Origin: Octopus vulgaris
Taxonomy: Eukaryota
Assembly: GCA_951406725.2 (NCBI GenBank)
Contig: OX597814.1
Span: 156,302,001 to 156,366,000, forward strand
Length of the DNA: 64,000 nucleotides
Reading direction: 5' to 3'
Shown: positions 27,981 through 45,519 of the stretch, in pieces
Numbering within the stretch: position 1 is the stretch's first letter
How the letters are laid out: the number at the start of each line of letters is the position of its first letter
Position numbers and translations under genes: made by a program
Notes under the pieces: generated by a model
The model's input: only the letters and a program-made list of their open reading frames with translations
The model's database searches: none
What the model was told of the DNA's origin: nothing

Positions 27981-28858
27981 TGTCATGTCCTCTCTCACAA
28001 CTATTTGATCTACTTGTGTAGAAATCTGTATTAAACAGTTATTTTTCTATACATAAAACAAAAATCTATAAATACACTAAATAAAGTAATGAACAACCAC
28101 TTAAACATAAATTTGAATGTTCATGTGCCTTGTTGAATGTTGTTTTACACATTTATATTTGTCGAAAATATTTCATTGTGTTTATAGAAAAGAAATTTAA
28201 TTCTGCGAGAAAAAAAATTAGTATACGTGATGGAACTTTTTAATATATCAGAAGACAAAATTTTGCTCAGTTACTACTTCTAGCTTTCATCTTTCACAAC
28301 GATTGATTTCACATGTTACGCTTCAGAGGATCGTAGAATATTCGTTCATTCACCATTGTTCAGCTGATTCGGAATGATAGCGCTTCTTTTTTAACACCGC
28401 TTTGTTAGCTTTTAGTGTTAGACAATCGACATAAAGGATTCTACCTCGCTGGCGATGTGAGTAAACAGTGAGTCACTCTGGCATCATGGAAAACATTATA
28501 ATTGTTTTTTGTTGTGTTTGAATTATGACACAATTTCTTGCATTTTGTTTGGCATTTCAGTAACTCAATAGTAACATAAGTCTAAGTGTGTGTAAGGAAC
28601 TTTATTTCGAGACATACTATCAATCTGAATATACTGAAGCCTTCAGATACTTCGGAGTTTGAAATAAAACTACAGCATTCTGCCATCGAACGCCTTGATG
28701 CCTCTTTACGGTTTGCAGTCACCTTAGGTATATGACTAAGAACAGCAAAATTTCACTTACATACAGACGCCAAAGTAGAAAATGATTGTCCGAGGCGCAC
28801 TGACACCAATTAGAAGTTTTGTAACTCCAAAGTGAAATTCATAACCACAATGCCATAT

Positions 28859-28941
<83 letters not shown>

Positions 28942-29998
28942 TACACACACGGGCACGCATGTATGATATTTTGATTTAGATAACAATCACCCTGCTCTGC
29001 CACGTAGGTCCGCTTTTCAAGTTAAATCTTACATGTGTAAATCGTATTTGTACGAATTCTGTAAAATGATTTAACGAACTCGAACCAATATAATGAACTC
29101 GCATCACTGGTAGCTTGCTGCTTTTCTACACTACTCTTACATGCGGGGAAATACAAAGATACTAAACAACTTTAAAACATCTTTTGATCATAATACATTA
29201 TAAAACGAAAACTCGGAAAGAATTGATAATTGATAGTTTGAGCAATTTTCGAAGCTTTAATAACGATCTATTTCTAGTGCTCCGATTGATAAGCGGAAAG
29301 AATTGAGGTTATGTACTTTAATCAAGTTCAGAGTTTGGTCTGTGTTACGAGGTGCAAATATATGAATATCAGGCGGTCATGAGATTCAACATTTTCCATT
29401 AGAGAAGACATTAGATTTCTAATTCTATGCATAACTTTCAAAGGTTAAATTAAAATTACGCTCAACAAATTCTTACTACTCAATAGCTATCAATTATATG
29501 GAATTTTAAGCGCATAAAGTATGTCATAAATACGAAATGTAACCTGTAGTTATATCCATTAAATTCAATTAGCCTTAAACTCGACTCATAACTGTTCATT
29601 AACTTTCGGATAATAATTTAACATTCCATTATATTATATATTTCCGACAAGGTGATCTCAATAGAAATAACTAGATGCTTAATACTGGAATATGTGGTGA
29701 ACATCACATTATAAATTTGCTAGTAGAAATATAATTGTAGATAACTTTCTGTCTAGTGAGACCACTCAATAAATTTGGATGGCATGTACTTTTATATATT
29801 TTATTTATTTTATTATCTATTTCGTTTTTTTAATATGCTGGTGCTTTCATTTGTTGTCCATTACCTTTATTACTGCGTGTACGGTTGAGTGCATATGTGT
29901 GCGTGTGTATGCTTATAACACACAATTGAGACACTCCTCCACAAATTTTCTACCAGATGAACTTTTATTCAATTAATAGTGTACTTGCACGTACGTGG

Positions 29999-30029
<31 letters not shown>

Positions 30030-31854
30030 TGTATGTATGTATGTATGTATGTATTTTGTCCAATAAATTATGTTTGTATATTTTTTTAAATATCAAATTT
30101 CATGTCAGACATCTCAAGTGGTTCTGTGGTATAATTTTCAATTTATAATTAGAGCTTTGAATATCATCGATTTTTCAGAAATTTGCGCTACATCAGAGGA
30201 TACGTTGCTGAGAATTTGGCTAACGTATTGATTGCCAGGTTTTGCATTTCAATGACATCAAATGAGAAAGTCGTAGAGAAAGGAATATACTGGCAGTTCC
30301 GGTACCATTAGGCTACCAATGAACACTTTGTTCCCCAGCAATGAAACGATTTCTCTCATGCTAATATAGTTTTCTATTGCCTTTCCTCGGTCATTGAAAT
30401 ATTTGCCAATCACATGGTCATTTGAATTGCAGAAAAGTACGATGAACTGTTCTTTTCTACAGAAGTTATTTATTGCTAGGCAGACTAGATTAAGCTATCA
30501 TAGAAAGTTATTTGTTTTCCTGCTATACAGTTTTGCGACGGTGATTTGAAATACGCTTCTAATCTCATAAAGCAGATGCAGGTAAACATAATTGTTTTCC
30601 TTAGAAAGTAATACACACATACTTGTTCGATGCAGAATACTAACGCATAATCTTATCAATTGAGATTCTGCGAATTTATATTTATTTATTCATCTTATTC
30701 AATTCCCTTAGAAAGGAAAAAAAAAAACAGTAACTAATCAATTTCTGGATAGGAAACTAATTCTTAAATTCACCGCAACATTAATGTATCTATGATACAG
30801 ATTTTTCGTCGAAGGAAAGCAAAGCGAATTCACAATGCACCAAATATTTTTTATGTGAATGTTTGTAATAAATCCATTACATTATTACGTCAAAACATAA
30901 CGTGGAAAAAAGAAAAAAAGATTATCAGTGTTTATTGGAAATGCGAATTTTGAGAAATTATATGATTTATTGAAGCATATTATCTGAATGCAAATAGTTG
31001 ATTAGTAACTTCATCAACTGGAATTTCTTGCCGATTGATCAGTACAAGTTAAGGAAGATTTTCTAAATAGTTCGAACGCGTGAAAACATGAATAGTAAAA
31101 ATAAAATTAACTATGATAGAAAGTTATGATTCAATATATTACTGGAAAGTAACCACGGCTAAATAAGACAAGCATGCAATAAACAGGATTTTCATTAATT
31201 AATTAAATCGAACAAAGAAAAGCATCAAGAAAACAGAACAAGCTTCTTCCGTTTATTTATTTATTTATTTATTTATTTATTTTTCATGGCTGAGGCACAA
31301 TATGAAATATTATAATCTTTATAGTTTTGACATAGCATTGATTTAAACAGTGGGCTTCTTATCCGTTGTTCATAATAGATTATCATCATTTCGACGTTTG
31401 TATTTATTCATTAATATGGTGTCTCCCAGACTTAGAAGAACTTTGTCGAAGATGACAAAATATTCAATAACATCGTCACTGTTTCTTTATAATTCTATAC
31501 AAATTCCAGCTGCGTTCGTTATATGGTTCTTTAAACATTGAAAACTACAACAAAACAACTTTTAATTTATTCAGTTAATAAAGACATTTTGAACTTGCTT
31601 TCCTTTTTCTACTCACTGTGTCTTTCTGTTTTAGTTGTTATACAATTATCTTCGGTATGAAATGTGTGGGGGTTAACTCTTAAAAAGAAAAAAGCACAGT
31701 TTCCGTGAAATGCTCCCAACATCCATTTGTTTCTTTTTTTTTTTTTTTTGTTATGAACACAATACAACGTCAGTTCTAAATTTCAGCATAACAGATGACA
31801 ACACGAATCAAGATATAGACATTAAGTTAGCTATTAGTTATCTTCTATGTTTTA

Positions 31855-32255
31855 TCTTTTACTTGCTTCAATCATTAGACTGCGGCCATGCTGGAGCACC
31901 GCTTTGAGTAATTTCTAGTCGAATAATTCGACCCCAGTTTTTCTTTTTAGGACTGATATTTATTCTATCACACCAACACCGATTATCAAGTGGTTGTGGG
32001 GGGTCATATACGGACACAAAGACACACACACACATAGACAACCAAACAAACGCTCACACTCACACACACACACATATATATCTATATATACGACGGGCTT
32101 CTTTCAGTTTCCTTCTGCAAAATCCACTCTCAAGTATTTGCTCGATTTGAGATTATAGCAGACGACACTTGCTCAAGGTACCATGCAGCGGGGCTGAACC
32201 CAGAACCATGTGGTTAGGAAACAAACTTCTTATCACACAGCTATGCCTTCGCCTA
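31855..32255 (-). mobile_element. SINE family B
   Basis: gactgcggccatgctggagcaccgc..cgacgggcttctttcagtttcc..gaacccagaaccatgtggtt..cacacagc. Confidence 0.85.
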
Positions 32256-33721
32256 TGTACACAGTCACGTCTAACATTCTATTAATCAAACTAACGCTGA
32301 CAAATGTATGAAAGCAAATTCGTAAAGCCTATAACTTTGATTAGTTTACCATTTATCTTTATTTAACCGTCAGAGAAAGTATTACATTTCAAAAAAAGTT
32401 AATAGCTTCATATAATCCCATTCTCATTATACTTTTACTGTTGCAGATTTAATTGTAGTTGCCTAGGCATGATAGGCATGCCACGCCTTATAATCTCTTA
32501 TATCTTATATATATACTCTTATAATCTCAATCTGCCTTTGTTTCTGTTTTTTAATTGAAAGTAGCAAAACATAAAATAATGAAAAATGTCGAGAGTTTCA
32601 GATTATTTTGATTTAAAAAAACTACTGAAGTTTCAAGAAACACGTGGAACATGTGCCCGAATAATCAGGTTTGTAAGGTACGCTAAAACGAAATAAGAGT
32701 GTCGTCGATTGCAAGGATATTTCAACGTAGAAAATTATTCTATGTGGTTATCACTATTTCAACATAATGCATTTACAAAATACATTGACGGCTGTCTTCT
32801 TCAAGGTTGCGGTAGATTATCACCGCACACCGACCAAAAATTGAAAATGTTCTTTTTGATAATTTAGTATAATCTAGACATAACTTTTTCTAAATTTGCT
32901 TGAACTTTGACATAGAAAACTCTGGATTCTGTACAGCACAAAAACCTGAGTAAACATAGTTATGTTATGTTGTTTAAATGACAGGCGCTCTAGTCGCTAT
33001 ACTATTGAGTAGCATGTTGAAAGGTTACATTTTTATATTTTGTTACTATACCTATATTATTTCTAGGGCAACAGAATTTTTAAATGACCCAGTCCGCTCA
33101 AATGTAAGTCAGCATCACAGATAAGTACGACCTGCTGATCGTAAGCAGTAATATCAAGGGGAAATGGAAAACAAGCGAGGACTTCGTTAGACTGAAATGC
33201 TGAGCACAATACCTGTAGATATAGTTTGGAGAGATGAACTCCACCAGCTGATATTTTCGAGAAGCAACGATCAAACATTCTTGTGGTTTTTCTTGATCTA
33301 TTTAAATTTAGCAGCTCTTTATCAAATGACACACTCATAGGTCTTCGAAACGGAAAGCATTTATTGTGTAATGTAATTTTAGATAGACACAAAAGATAGG
33401 TTGGCCACGGCTGGAATACCACTGACCATAGGTCTTCTCACGTTTGGCATGGTGTTAAACAACAACAATGGCTTAAAAAGGAAAGTCTTTATGTAACTCT
33501 CCAAGAGCCAATGCACACAAAATTTAGCATTTCGTCAAAAATAGTGCTTTGATATCGAAAACACGTTACTGTCCCAGCCTAAATGAGCTTTAAAGGCGCG
33601 TTATATTTTTTTAATTAATTAGTACAAGAAACATGTATGCGAAATAAACTTCCGTAACTGTATAAGCATAACCCATAGATGTGTGTTTGTGTGTGCATGT
33701 GTGCATGTGTGCGTGCGTTTG

Positions 33722-33774
<53 letters not shown>

Positions 33775-34761
33775 ACACACTCCGATCAGAATGCAATTAC
33801 GGTTTAAATGATAAAGCTTAGTTGTGTGTTAGACCAACGATCCAAAACTTTAAAAATAACAAACCCTACAAAACAAAAAAAAAAACAGAAGTAAACATTT
33901 TCCAGCAGAGATGATAGAAAGTCATCATCTAAGGTCCCTATGGAAATGGACAGGCATAAATCTGAAACAATTTCAGGCGTATACCGTCACGAGAGAGAAA
34001 GAGGGAGAGAGAAAGAAAGAGAGAGAATCCGTGAATTAAGAGCGACGACTATGCATCATTTTTGTAAAACACCTCACACCAGTGAATTGATGAGCCGTTT
34101 GAACTTTTATATGCAAATGTAAGTTGAGAAAACGTGGGCTGAGTTAAGTGTAAATCTCAGAGGAATGCAATCGAAAGAGAAAGCATTAGTTAAAATATGA
34201 AGCGTAGCTATACAGATGGGATGACATAACGGAAGTGAATTGGGCAGGATGCTATATAAAGTGTTATTTCAGAGAAAAATCCATTATTGTAGAAAACAGA
34301 GTGAAATAGCGTGTTTGTAGGCGGGTGAATATAGGGTGTTGCTGAGTAAATGCTTCCCAGTAAGTCAGAATATTTAAGTAAAGAAGAGAGTGATGGAAGT
34401 GAATTTCCTTGATTCATCTACTTTCTCTGTATTGCGCTTTAAATAGTAAAGATACTTAAAGGAATGTTATAGAATGACAACAAAATGCATTCACGAGCAT
34501 ATATCTTCCGGCAAAGTAATTATTGTTTTCTTTTTGTATTGACACAGTGTAACAAAATCTTGTTTGTTTGAATTTTTGTTTGGTATTCAAAGGATACTTT
34601 ATTAAACAAGTTCATTTCCATTTTTTACTAGTTTGCTTAATATTCTTTAATTTTAAAATCCATTTCCAAACTAATTATTACTGTTGTATACCTATACTGA
34701 GTGAAAATTAACTCATATTTTTTTATATGTACAACCTTATAATAAAACAAAAATCAATAGC

Positions 34762-34823
<62 letters not shown>

Positions 34824-34825
<2 letters not shown>

Positions 34826-34955
34826 GAGAGCAGAGCATGCCATCAAAGTGACACTGGGGTTAAATATACGAAGCCCAGTATACCCATCATGACAACCCAT
34901 CTGATAAGGGTACACTAGGCACATGCATCACAACCATATGTGCGCGACATGGTGA
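34824..34955 (-). mobile_element. 132-bp insert splitting a (TAA)n tract; possible 3' UTR of a TAA-targeting LINE
   Basis: Unique, higher-GC sequence flanked on both sides by (TTA)n (34762-34823, 34956-35263). Dong-type LINEs are known to target (TAA)n; the assignment and strand are inference. Confidence 0.4.
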
Positions 34956-37270
<2,315 letters not shown>

Positions 37271-37599
37271 TCTCCGCGAATGTTCATGGTTCAAGTCAAA
37301 CTGAAGTCAACGTTCTTCTCTTTCTCATCTTCCTTGCTGTAGATGTTACATAGATGCAAACTTATGAAAATTCTTAATATTCCATATTGAATTAAGGGAG
37401 GTATTATAGAAGAACAAGGTATAATCGCATGATAATTCGTGACTATAATCTAGTTTTGATTCTTAAAAACGTAACCCTTTCAGTAAAACATTCGTTCTTT
37501 TTTTCCGGGTTCTTTTTTGTGTGTGTTTTGTTAACCAAAGTCAAGATTGTAATAAAACTTTTCGGATCAAAATATACAAGATACTGTATCACTGTGCCT

Positions 37600-37720
37600 T
37601 ACCTACAAAGATGACAATGTCAACCTCGCTGAAATTCGATCTCAGAACGTAAAGAGCCGAAACAAGTAATGCTAAGCATTTTTCTGACACTATCACAATT
37701 TTGCCAGCATGCCAGGCTTT
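37600..37720 (-). mobile_element. SINE family A fragment
   Basis: tgtcaacctcgctgaaattcgatctcagaacgtaaag..gctaagcattt..tgccagc. Confidence 0.65.
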
Positions 37721-40379
37721 ACATGATATACAATAATGAATATAAAACAGATACTGAAAAATAGCAAGTTATTGAGTCATATTAGTAGATACATCTTGTA
37801 TTAGCATGATATTCACACTTCTTTGATGATATGCTAATTACTAGTAGTTCAGAGAGTGATGTGCTAAAATTCTGTTTGATTCAGCAGCATCAGATGTCAA
37901 TTACTTTCAACTTCATGCAAGCTCTTAATTAGCCAACGTTATGCATTCGTGTTATTTATCGCATCAAGCAATTCATACACGTAGACATTCTCAATTTATG
38001 AACGCATCAATTGTTTATAAGACGATTTATGTTACACTGAAATCAGGAACATAGCTTGAAACGTATGGTTCATATGCACAACAGATGGTTGGTCAGCAAA
38101 ATGCTATTATTTAAGTTTGCTCCATAAAATATAATATAGAAATTACTATCGAAAATAAGAGATAATTCTACATGATGTTCTTTTCTTTGTTTGCAAAGGC
38201 GCAGTGGGAAACAGCAAAACAGGCTCGTTCATTCTGTTTCCATGAGCTCCATTATCCAATGTTATGCATCTACAACCGCGAACTAGCAACAAGTTACATA
38301 ATTAGTTAAGTGATCTGGTAATACACATAATACAGATAACCGCTGGAGCCATTACCTGACGACCATCCTAAGTAGGTGAGATCCCTATATATGCTAAATC
38401 TGAACTTGCCGTGTGATATTTTGCCTCGTCAGATTCAATAATGCTACAAGTTTTATGCTGAAGTATTGTACGTGGTTGAAAGCAAAGATTAAAAACATGA
38501 GGCAGCAGAACGCATCGAGCCAAGATATTGCATCAAGTTTTGCCAAAAGCTTTGTGATACTCAAATTCAAACTATCCAGATGATTCAGCACACCTTTGGC
38601 GATAATGCCCAGTGCGCAACTGGCACTAATTTTATGGAACCCAAAATTGATGAATGGTAAAGTCAACCTCGGCGGAATCGGAAGTTGCAATATTAACTTC
38701 TATATTAACTGAGTCATATATTAACTGTTATCATATTTTAAATCCTATTTCTATTTCCTTTTACTTACGTTGCTATTACCACTGAAATATCATTGAAAAA
38801 TATATTTTCTATTAATCTGAGGCTTTAACCTACGTATATATCATTACTTTACTTTTCTATCAGTTTAATTTCTCTAAATTATAACGAATATATATTTATA
38901 ATAATTCTAGGTGTTTATGTTGATAACATATGCATTTATACACGATTAACATATTAATTATTTTTTAGATTATAAATAAATGTTGTTTTTTTTTTTGCTG
39001 CAGATTAAGACATATCATGTTTCTACTATGTTATAAAATATATTATTTTCGTTTTGGATTTGAAAAAATAAATATTTCGTTAAGGATTACAAAACATTAT
39101 CTTGTCATCAGATTATTGAGCGTGGGTTTTATCTTGTCAGATTAAAATATCAATTCTCAACAACATATGTTGTGGTATAAGAATTCTTCAGTAGGATAAT
39201 AACAAGACGTATCAACGTTTTGAGATTCGTTATTGCTGAAACCAGGTTAGAACTGACCGAACTGACCAACAAAATCGTTGTAAACTGAACCATACCGTTC
39301 TCTTTATATGTCAAACTATAAGTGTACAATATATTCAGGTTTCTTTTTTTAAGGAAGTTGAATGTTATTTGGCCAAACCTTTGCTAATATATATACACCT
39401 AACAAATCGATCAACCATAAAGAAGCTGTCTTGGTGGTTCATTTTTAGCTTTATCTTATTGTTCTGAGAAGGCGAAAGTTCAATTTTAATTTGATCTTAC
39501 TTCGTGACGTCGGGTAACTGAGTGATTTAAGATGTGGCTGATGTGTCAGTTAAGCGTGGTTAAAGAGAGATGATTATAGATTTCTGTGACCATGAGTTAC
39601 AGAATTCTGTCACTTAGCTAGTGAGAAAGAGATGAACTGAAACAAACTCCAGAAACTCGTGGGTCTGAAGAGAAAATGTTTGGCTTTGCAATGCATGATG
39701 TAATATATAACATGATGTGAGCTGCGAGAAGTAGATTTAAATGAGAAAAAAAAATCAAAATAAGAGAAGGCATTATAAAGAATAGAAGAAAAGACAAACA
39801 AAAAAGATTCTTGTTTTATTGTGATTCCAATCACATCAAGGAATGTTTAATATGAATTTGAAATCGACACCGACTACCTAACTGATACTTTATTTGGCTT
39901 ATTGTCTCATGATGTATAGAATGGCAAAGTTGACTGCAATGGGATGTGAATTCGGAAAATAAAAGGTTGTGACTATCACAGGCCCTTTTTCCCCATGTTC
40001 TACTAATTTTGTCAATATCTTATTGTTGCTATTTAGTCTTAAGCCAGCCAGATAGAGCAAAAATATGATCACCAACAGTGACTTTTTCCTGCATTTTTCC
40101 TGCGCAGATTATACATTACTACATTATTCAATGTGTCTTTCCATTGACTAACGGTGGACCAAGAATGGGCAACCTCTTTCAAGGAGTGGGCCGCATGAGA
40201 CATGATTATCTTCAGCAGGCCACATTATTAAAAAAGAATTCATGCAAATTTTTCGTTAGGTGCAGACCGACATATTACGTAGAAGCATTTTTGTGACTGT
40301 TGATGGGGTAGACATAAATATTATGTGAATATGCTTCCACAGCCATTATATGTAATTCAGAGCGTAAAACCACCCCACT

Positions 40380-40705
40380 TTCGTTCAGGAATAACTACGG
40401 GATTTCACCTAGAATGTTACCCTCCTAGGCACAAGTCCGGACAAATGTGTTTATGGAAAACCAGCAGTCACCTATGCATACCAGCTTCCCCTCTCCATGC
40501 CACCGATGTTGTCCGAGGCAAAGGCAAAGGCCGATACAGTTTGGCAGCAATGACGTCGCAACTCATTTCTACACTGGAGTGAACTGGAGCAACGTGAAAT
40601 AAAGTGTCTTGCTGACAAACACAACATAAAGCCTGGTCCGAGAATCGAACTCACTACCTCATGATTGTGAGCCTGACGCTGTAGCTACTGAGCCATACAC
40701 CTTCA
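40380..40705 (-). mobile_element. tRNA-headed SINE (C-like head, different tail)
   Basis: Minus-strand head gaaggtgtatggctcagtag..gagttcgattctcggacc..gcaagacactttatttcacgttgctccagt. Confidence 0.8.
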
Positions 40706-41184
40706 TTTAGAGCGTACACAAGTAGTAGATATAGGAAATATATATAGTGCATGTTTGTGTGCGCGCGCGTGTCCGTGAGTGCATATGCGTATTATTTCTG
40801 TTACTCCGAATACTGTTAGAATTCGAAAAATGTTTGGCTTCAAAGTTGCTGCTGTCGTAGCAGTTGTTCTTGTTGCTGTTGCTATTGTATCTGTTGCTTT
40901 TGTTACTGTTTTACTCTAAGCCACATTTGATCAATCATCTCTTTCAACAAAGGCATTCAAGCCGTTGCCATCTTGTAATCCCGCCTTTTTGTTTATCCAA
41001 TGTGTATTTCCATATTTTAAAACGGTAGCAAAGAAGATTTGGATGCTATCTTTAACGGGTCACTCGACCACGTAGAGGCTCCTTTGCTGATTCATCCAAA
41101 ATTGATTGAAGAATGTATTTGCGATGATATAAATAACAGATGAAGTAATGATTTAAATCAATTAATTGTTATTTGTATATTACT

Positions 41185-41470
41185 AGTTTCTGTCATTGGA
41201 CTGCGGCCACGCTGGGATACTGCCTTGAAGGCTTATACTCGAATCGAACCTACTACTTATGTTTTTAGAGCATGGTACTCATTTTATCGGTCACCTGTGC
41301 CAAATAGCTAAGTTGCGAGGATGACGGACTACCAAATCCACCCACCAGGTTTTGGTCAACCTGGGGCAATAGTAAGACACCGTTGCTAAAGTGTCGAAGG
41401 TGCCACGCAGTGGCACTGAACCCAGAACCATGGGTTTGGTAAGCAAACTTCTAAGCACACAGAGACGCTT
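41185..41470 (-). mobile_element. SINE family B, rearranged or deleted copy
   Basis: gtcattggactgcggccacgctgg..aaggtgccacgcagtggcactgaacccagaaccatg. Confidence 0.75.
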
Positions 41471-42899
41471 ACACATATTCGTAAATTTATAATTATATTC
41501 TGTAAATCGCGATCCTGAAAGATATACAAACCTAGTGGAAACTGCAGATTGAGAGTTTATAAGAGATATCTGACAAGAACGAAATATCATTCTTACCATT
41601 TAACGTTCAAGACATCCATGGATATTCTGACCAGCTAACGAGTTCTTGGCACAGTCAGAGGATAAAAGACAATTCTTTACCTAACTGTTGAATATGCATG
41701 AGTCGAAATATTCTATGTCAAAAATATCTGAAGTAGTGTCCTTTGAAGCAAAATCCTCGTGAGGAAAGCTATTACCATGCGCTTTAAAAGAAAACGCAGC
41801 TTAATACTTGTATACATATTTAGACGCACACATGCACATACACAGACTCATACGCGTACACACAAAACTTCATACACACCCATACACACAAACACACGTA
41901 CACAAATACATATATATTAATAAACGAAGAAATCAATTACATGTTGGAGTAATAATTCCATCACTTATATTCCTTTAGCGCTGGTATTCCTAATGGCGCA
42001 ATTACAGAATGTAAAGCCACACATTAACCATTCAAAATCAAGCAAAAACTCTTGAATTCACTTAATTACAGTTGGTATAACGAAAATGTTGATACCAAAT
42101 AATAAATGACTACAGGAAATGATGATTTTTTGTGTACTCTCAAGCTTTCAATGGCTAGAATGTGTAATTCACACAGTAATTACTTTCGTTTCAACACATG
42201 ATCTCAGATCAAATTATATGCATCTTCGGAATTCTTCATGGACAAAGAATAAGTAGGTTTTGGAGTAGCCATTTAAGATGCTTGATTACTTGTTTGTTGT
42301 TTTCAGTCTGTGTGTATGAATATCTGCATATGTCTGAGTGTGCGCGTGAGAGTGTATGTGTCTACATAGGGGGTGGGAATACTTATAGAAAGGATAAATT
42401 GGGAACGTTGTGTTTTTAAGTAGTTTGAGTGGTATCTTTGTCGCAAAGGGTTTATTGTTTATTGATTTCTGTATATATAAAAAAAACATTTGCTGTTTGT
42501 TGAAAACTAGGACAAAGAACAAATGATTTCTGAACTTGTTTTGATGACAAGTTTCTCCAGAAATGTCTGTTTACATATTAATTTCAAAAACTGCTAGTGT
42601 TAATAATTGAAAAAATATCATTAAATAGTTGATTTGTTTTTGTTCAAGATATGTGAATGGCTTTTTGGAATGGTCTATATATTTGTGTTGGCGCGTGTGT
42701 GTGTGTGTGTATGTGTGTTTGTGCGTGTGTGGTAATTGTTTAAAGATTTTTTAAAAATTTGTTTTAGTAACAGCGATGACAACAACATCAGTAATACCTG
42801 GTGGTGTTTCGGATCATCTGGAAAAATCATTCTTTCATAAAATTTTCTTTCTCTCTATGAGTAGAGTTTTTATACATTTACTTAAGGTGCCATAGTTTT

Positions 42900-44480
42900 C
42901 AATGTTTCTTCATTTATGTTTTCTGTCTCGGCATTTTTGATCATCCTTTGAGTATTTATAAAATGAGAATTTGCTGTTTCTGCACATTTCTAGATGTTCA
43001 CCCACTGGAATATTTCATTGTCTAATCTGCTGCTTTTGTGTTCTTGTTCTTTCACAAAAGCAGTATCTCGTCTGGTCGAAGTAAATTGTTTTGTAGGTGG
43101 GAGAGCTTGCGCAACATAACAGATTTCATGTTTTGCAGTTTCCTGTTTGTATTTATTTGGAAACGGTATCCATTTGTAAATTTTATATTGCATCCCATCC
43201 TCAAACATATTCTACACCCGCAATCTCTGGTAGATTTTACGGATGGTTCAGAGTTATACTCTGTCTTGAATGCTGCCCTTGTTAGTGGTTGCCTAATGAT
43301 TTTGTAGGCTGATATTTACTGTTCTTAATACAGTTTTGTGTATATAGCTCTCTAATTTTGGACTTTGAAATAGGATTGATAGATTTACTTTTATGGTGAT
43401 AAATATGTTTGTAACGCTTGGATAATTTGTGCTGACAAACGAAATAATATTCTCCACAACTTTTTGTTCCAACAGTTCTCAGTTGTAAAAGGAATAATCC
43501 CTTTGTCTTTTGAATACCGTTGTCTATAACTTTCAAAGGATAGTTTCGAACCTGTACAAAGTCAAATTTACCGTAAATTTCAGCCATCCCCTATTGCGCA
43601 AATAAATGTTGCCATTTTATAGAGCATATTCTGTTTGATGTGTGAAGGATGGCAAGAGCAACAGTTAAATATTGTCATAGTGTGTCTGTATTTTTGTGAA
43701 ATATGTCCGTTATTACTTTGCTTCTATGCAGATATCTAAAATCGGTAGGTCAATTTGATTGGGTTTTGTTGTGAATTTAATGAGTAAATGAAAAGTGTTC
43801 AGAATTTCATAAAATCTTTGAAGTTCATAATTTGAATTGCCTAAAGATAAAGCAGTCATCAGATAAAGCATTTCCACTTCCCAATAATACACTTTTAAAA
43901 TTCTCTCCAAATGTTGTCTCTACTTCTTGATATAAGTTTTCTTCTAAGTAAACTATCACCAGGTTAGCATATGAGAGTGCAGCTGTTGTGTCCATAGCTA
44001 TGCCTTTTTCTACCTATTCGTTTTTCCTCCGCAGTTGAATGTGTTTTCTTCCTGTATCAAGTATGTAGCTTAAATAACGGAGTCCATTTTGAATCGGTTA
44101 TTTATAATTTTCCTTTCTATCTATTCAGTATCCCGATACTTTAAAGTCCTAAAGTATGTTGTTCACTAGTATAGAAGCTAACAGCGAAGCTTGTTTAAAT
44201 AGTTCCTTCTGAGATGTTGCATACGACGTGTTTAAGGAAATACATGTCATCTGGAATGCAATTGGGGATCAATGTGCATACGTGTTTGAGAAGTAGAACT
44301 AAAGAGTGATCAGATGTTATTTTAGAGATTAAGCCCTACAATTATTGTTTTAATTGTGAACTCACGTGGTATTACTGCTTCTATGTACTGATTATTTTGT
44401 TTATTTGTGGCTATCAATATTTCCGAGCTTGTAGAGATCTTATGTAATCCATAAAAGTTTATCTCAATAATGTTGAAACT
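42900..44480 (-). mobile_element. Penelope-like element remnant (RT + probable GIY-YIG)
   Basis: Minus strand GIAMDTTAALSYANLVIVYLEE (cf. G.AMG...AP.YANL), FYEILNTFHLLIKFT..LPILDI and RTRTQKQQIR, with many stops and frameshifts. Confidence 0.8.
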
Positions 44481-44638
44481 GCACAAATTGTGAATTTCTT
44501 TGTAAAATGTTCTGAGTATTTATTAATTCTCTAATTTTGCTTATAATATGTATGTGTGTGTGTATGTTTTCTAGACCTTTCCGTTTCTTGCTTATAGTTG
44601 CTTTTAACTGCTATTTATTCTAATATTTTATCTTTATA

Positions 44639-45172
44639 AGGCGACGAAGTGGCAGAATCGTTAGCAGGCCGGGCGAATGCTTAGCAGTATTTCGTCTGCC
44701 GTTACGTTCTGAGTTCAAATTCCGCCAAGGTCGACTTTGCCTTTCATCCTTTCGGGATTGATTAAATAAATACCAGTTAGGCACTGGGATCGATATAATC
44801 GACTTAATCCCTTTGTGTTTAGCCCCCTGTGGGCAATAAAGAAATGCCTAGAGGTATTCCGTCTGTCTTCACGTACTGAGTTCAAATGCCGCCGGGGTCG
44901 ACTTTGCCTTTAATCCTTTCGGGGTCGATAAATTAAGTACTGGTGAAACACTGGGATCGATGTAATCGACTAACTCCTACACCAAAATTTCATGCTTTTT
45001 GCTTATAGTAGAAAGGAATATTTTATCTTTATTGTTTCTGACCATAATAACTATTGCCCCCAAACGGCGAGCTGACAGAACAATTAGCACACTGGACAAA
45101 ATGCATAGCTGCATTTCGTCCGTCCCAACGTTCTGAGTTCAAATTCCACGAAGGTCGACTTGGCCTTTCATC
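44639..45172 (+). mobile_element. SINE family A dimer (44639-45015) plus a truncated copy (45063-45172)
   Basis: Same head and core as the array; junction gggcaataaagaaatgcctaga|ggtattccg. Confidence 0.88.
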
Positions 45173-45319
45173 CAGTTTTTGAATAAAAAAAGACAACGAT
45201 TGAAAGAGTAGCAATGTGAATGATATTCCAGCATGTTCATAAGACTGGGGTGGATGTGTGAAGATTGTGATAGTATATAAATATATATGTGTGTGTGTTA
45301 TGCACTTGTTTGTGCATGC

Positions 45320-45349
<30 letters not shown>

Positions 45350-45350
<1 letters not shown>

Positions 45351-45464
45351 GGGAGAGTTTACGAAAAAAACAAAAGACGAAGGCAGGTGATGTACAAAAC
45401 AAATAGATATATTAGTATAACGCTCAGGAATAGAAAAAAGTCTTTTACGTTTCGAGCCTTCGCT

Positions 45465-45467
<3 letters not shown>
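45350..45467 (-). mobile_element. (TA)n-flanked PLE-terminus fragment starting inside a hammerhead
   Basis: Minus strand begins aa GAGC gaag GCUC GAAA CG UA AAAG; the CUGANGA half is replaced by (TA)n. Confidence 0.65.
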
Positions 45468-45519
<52 letters not shown>
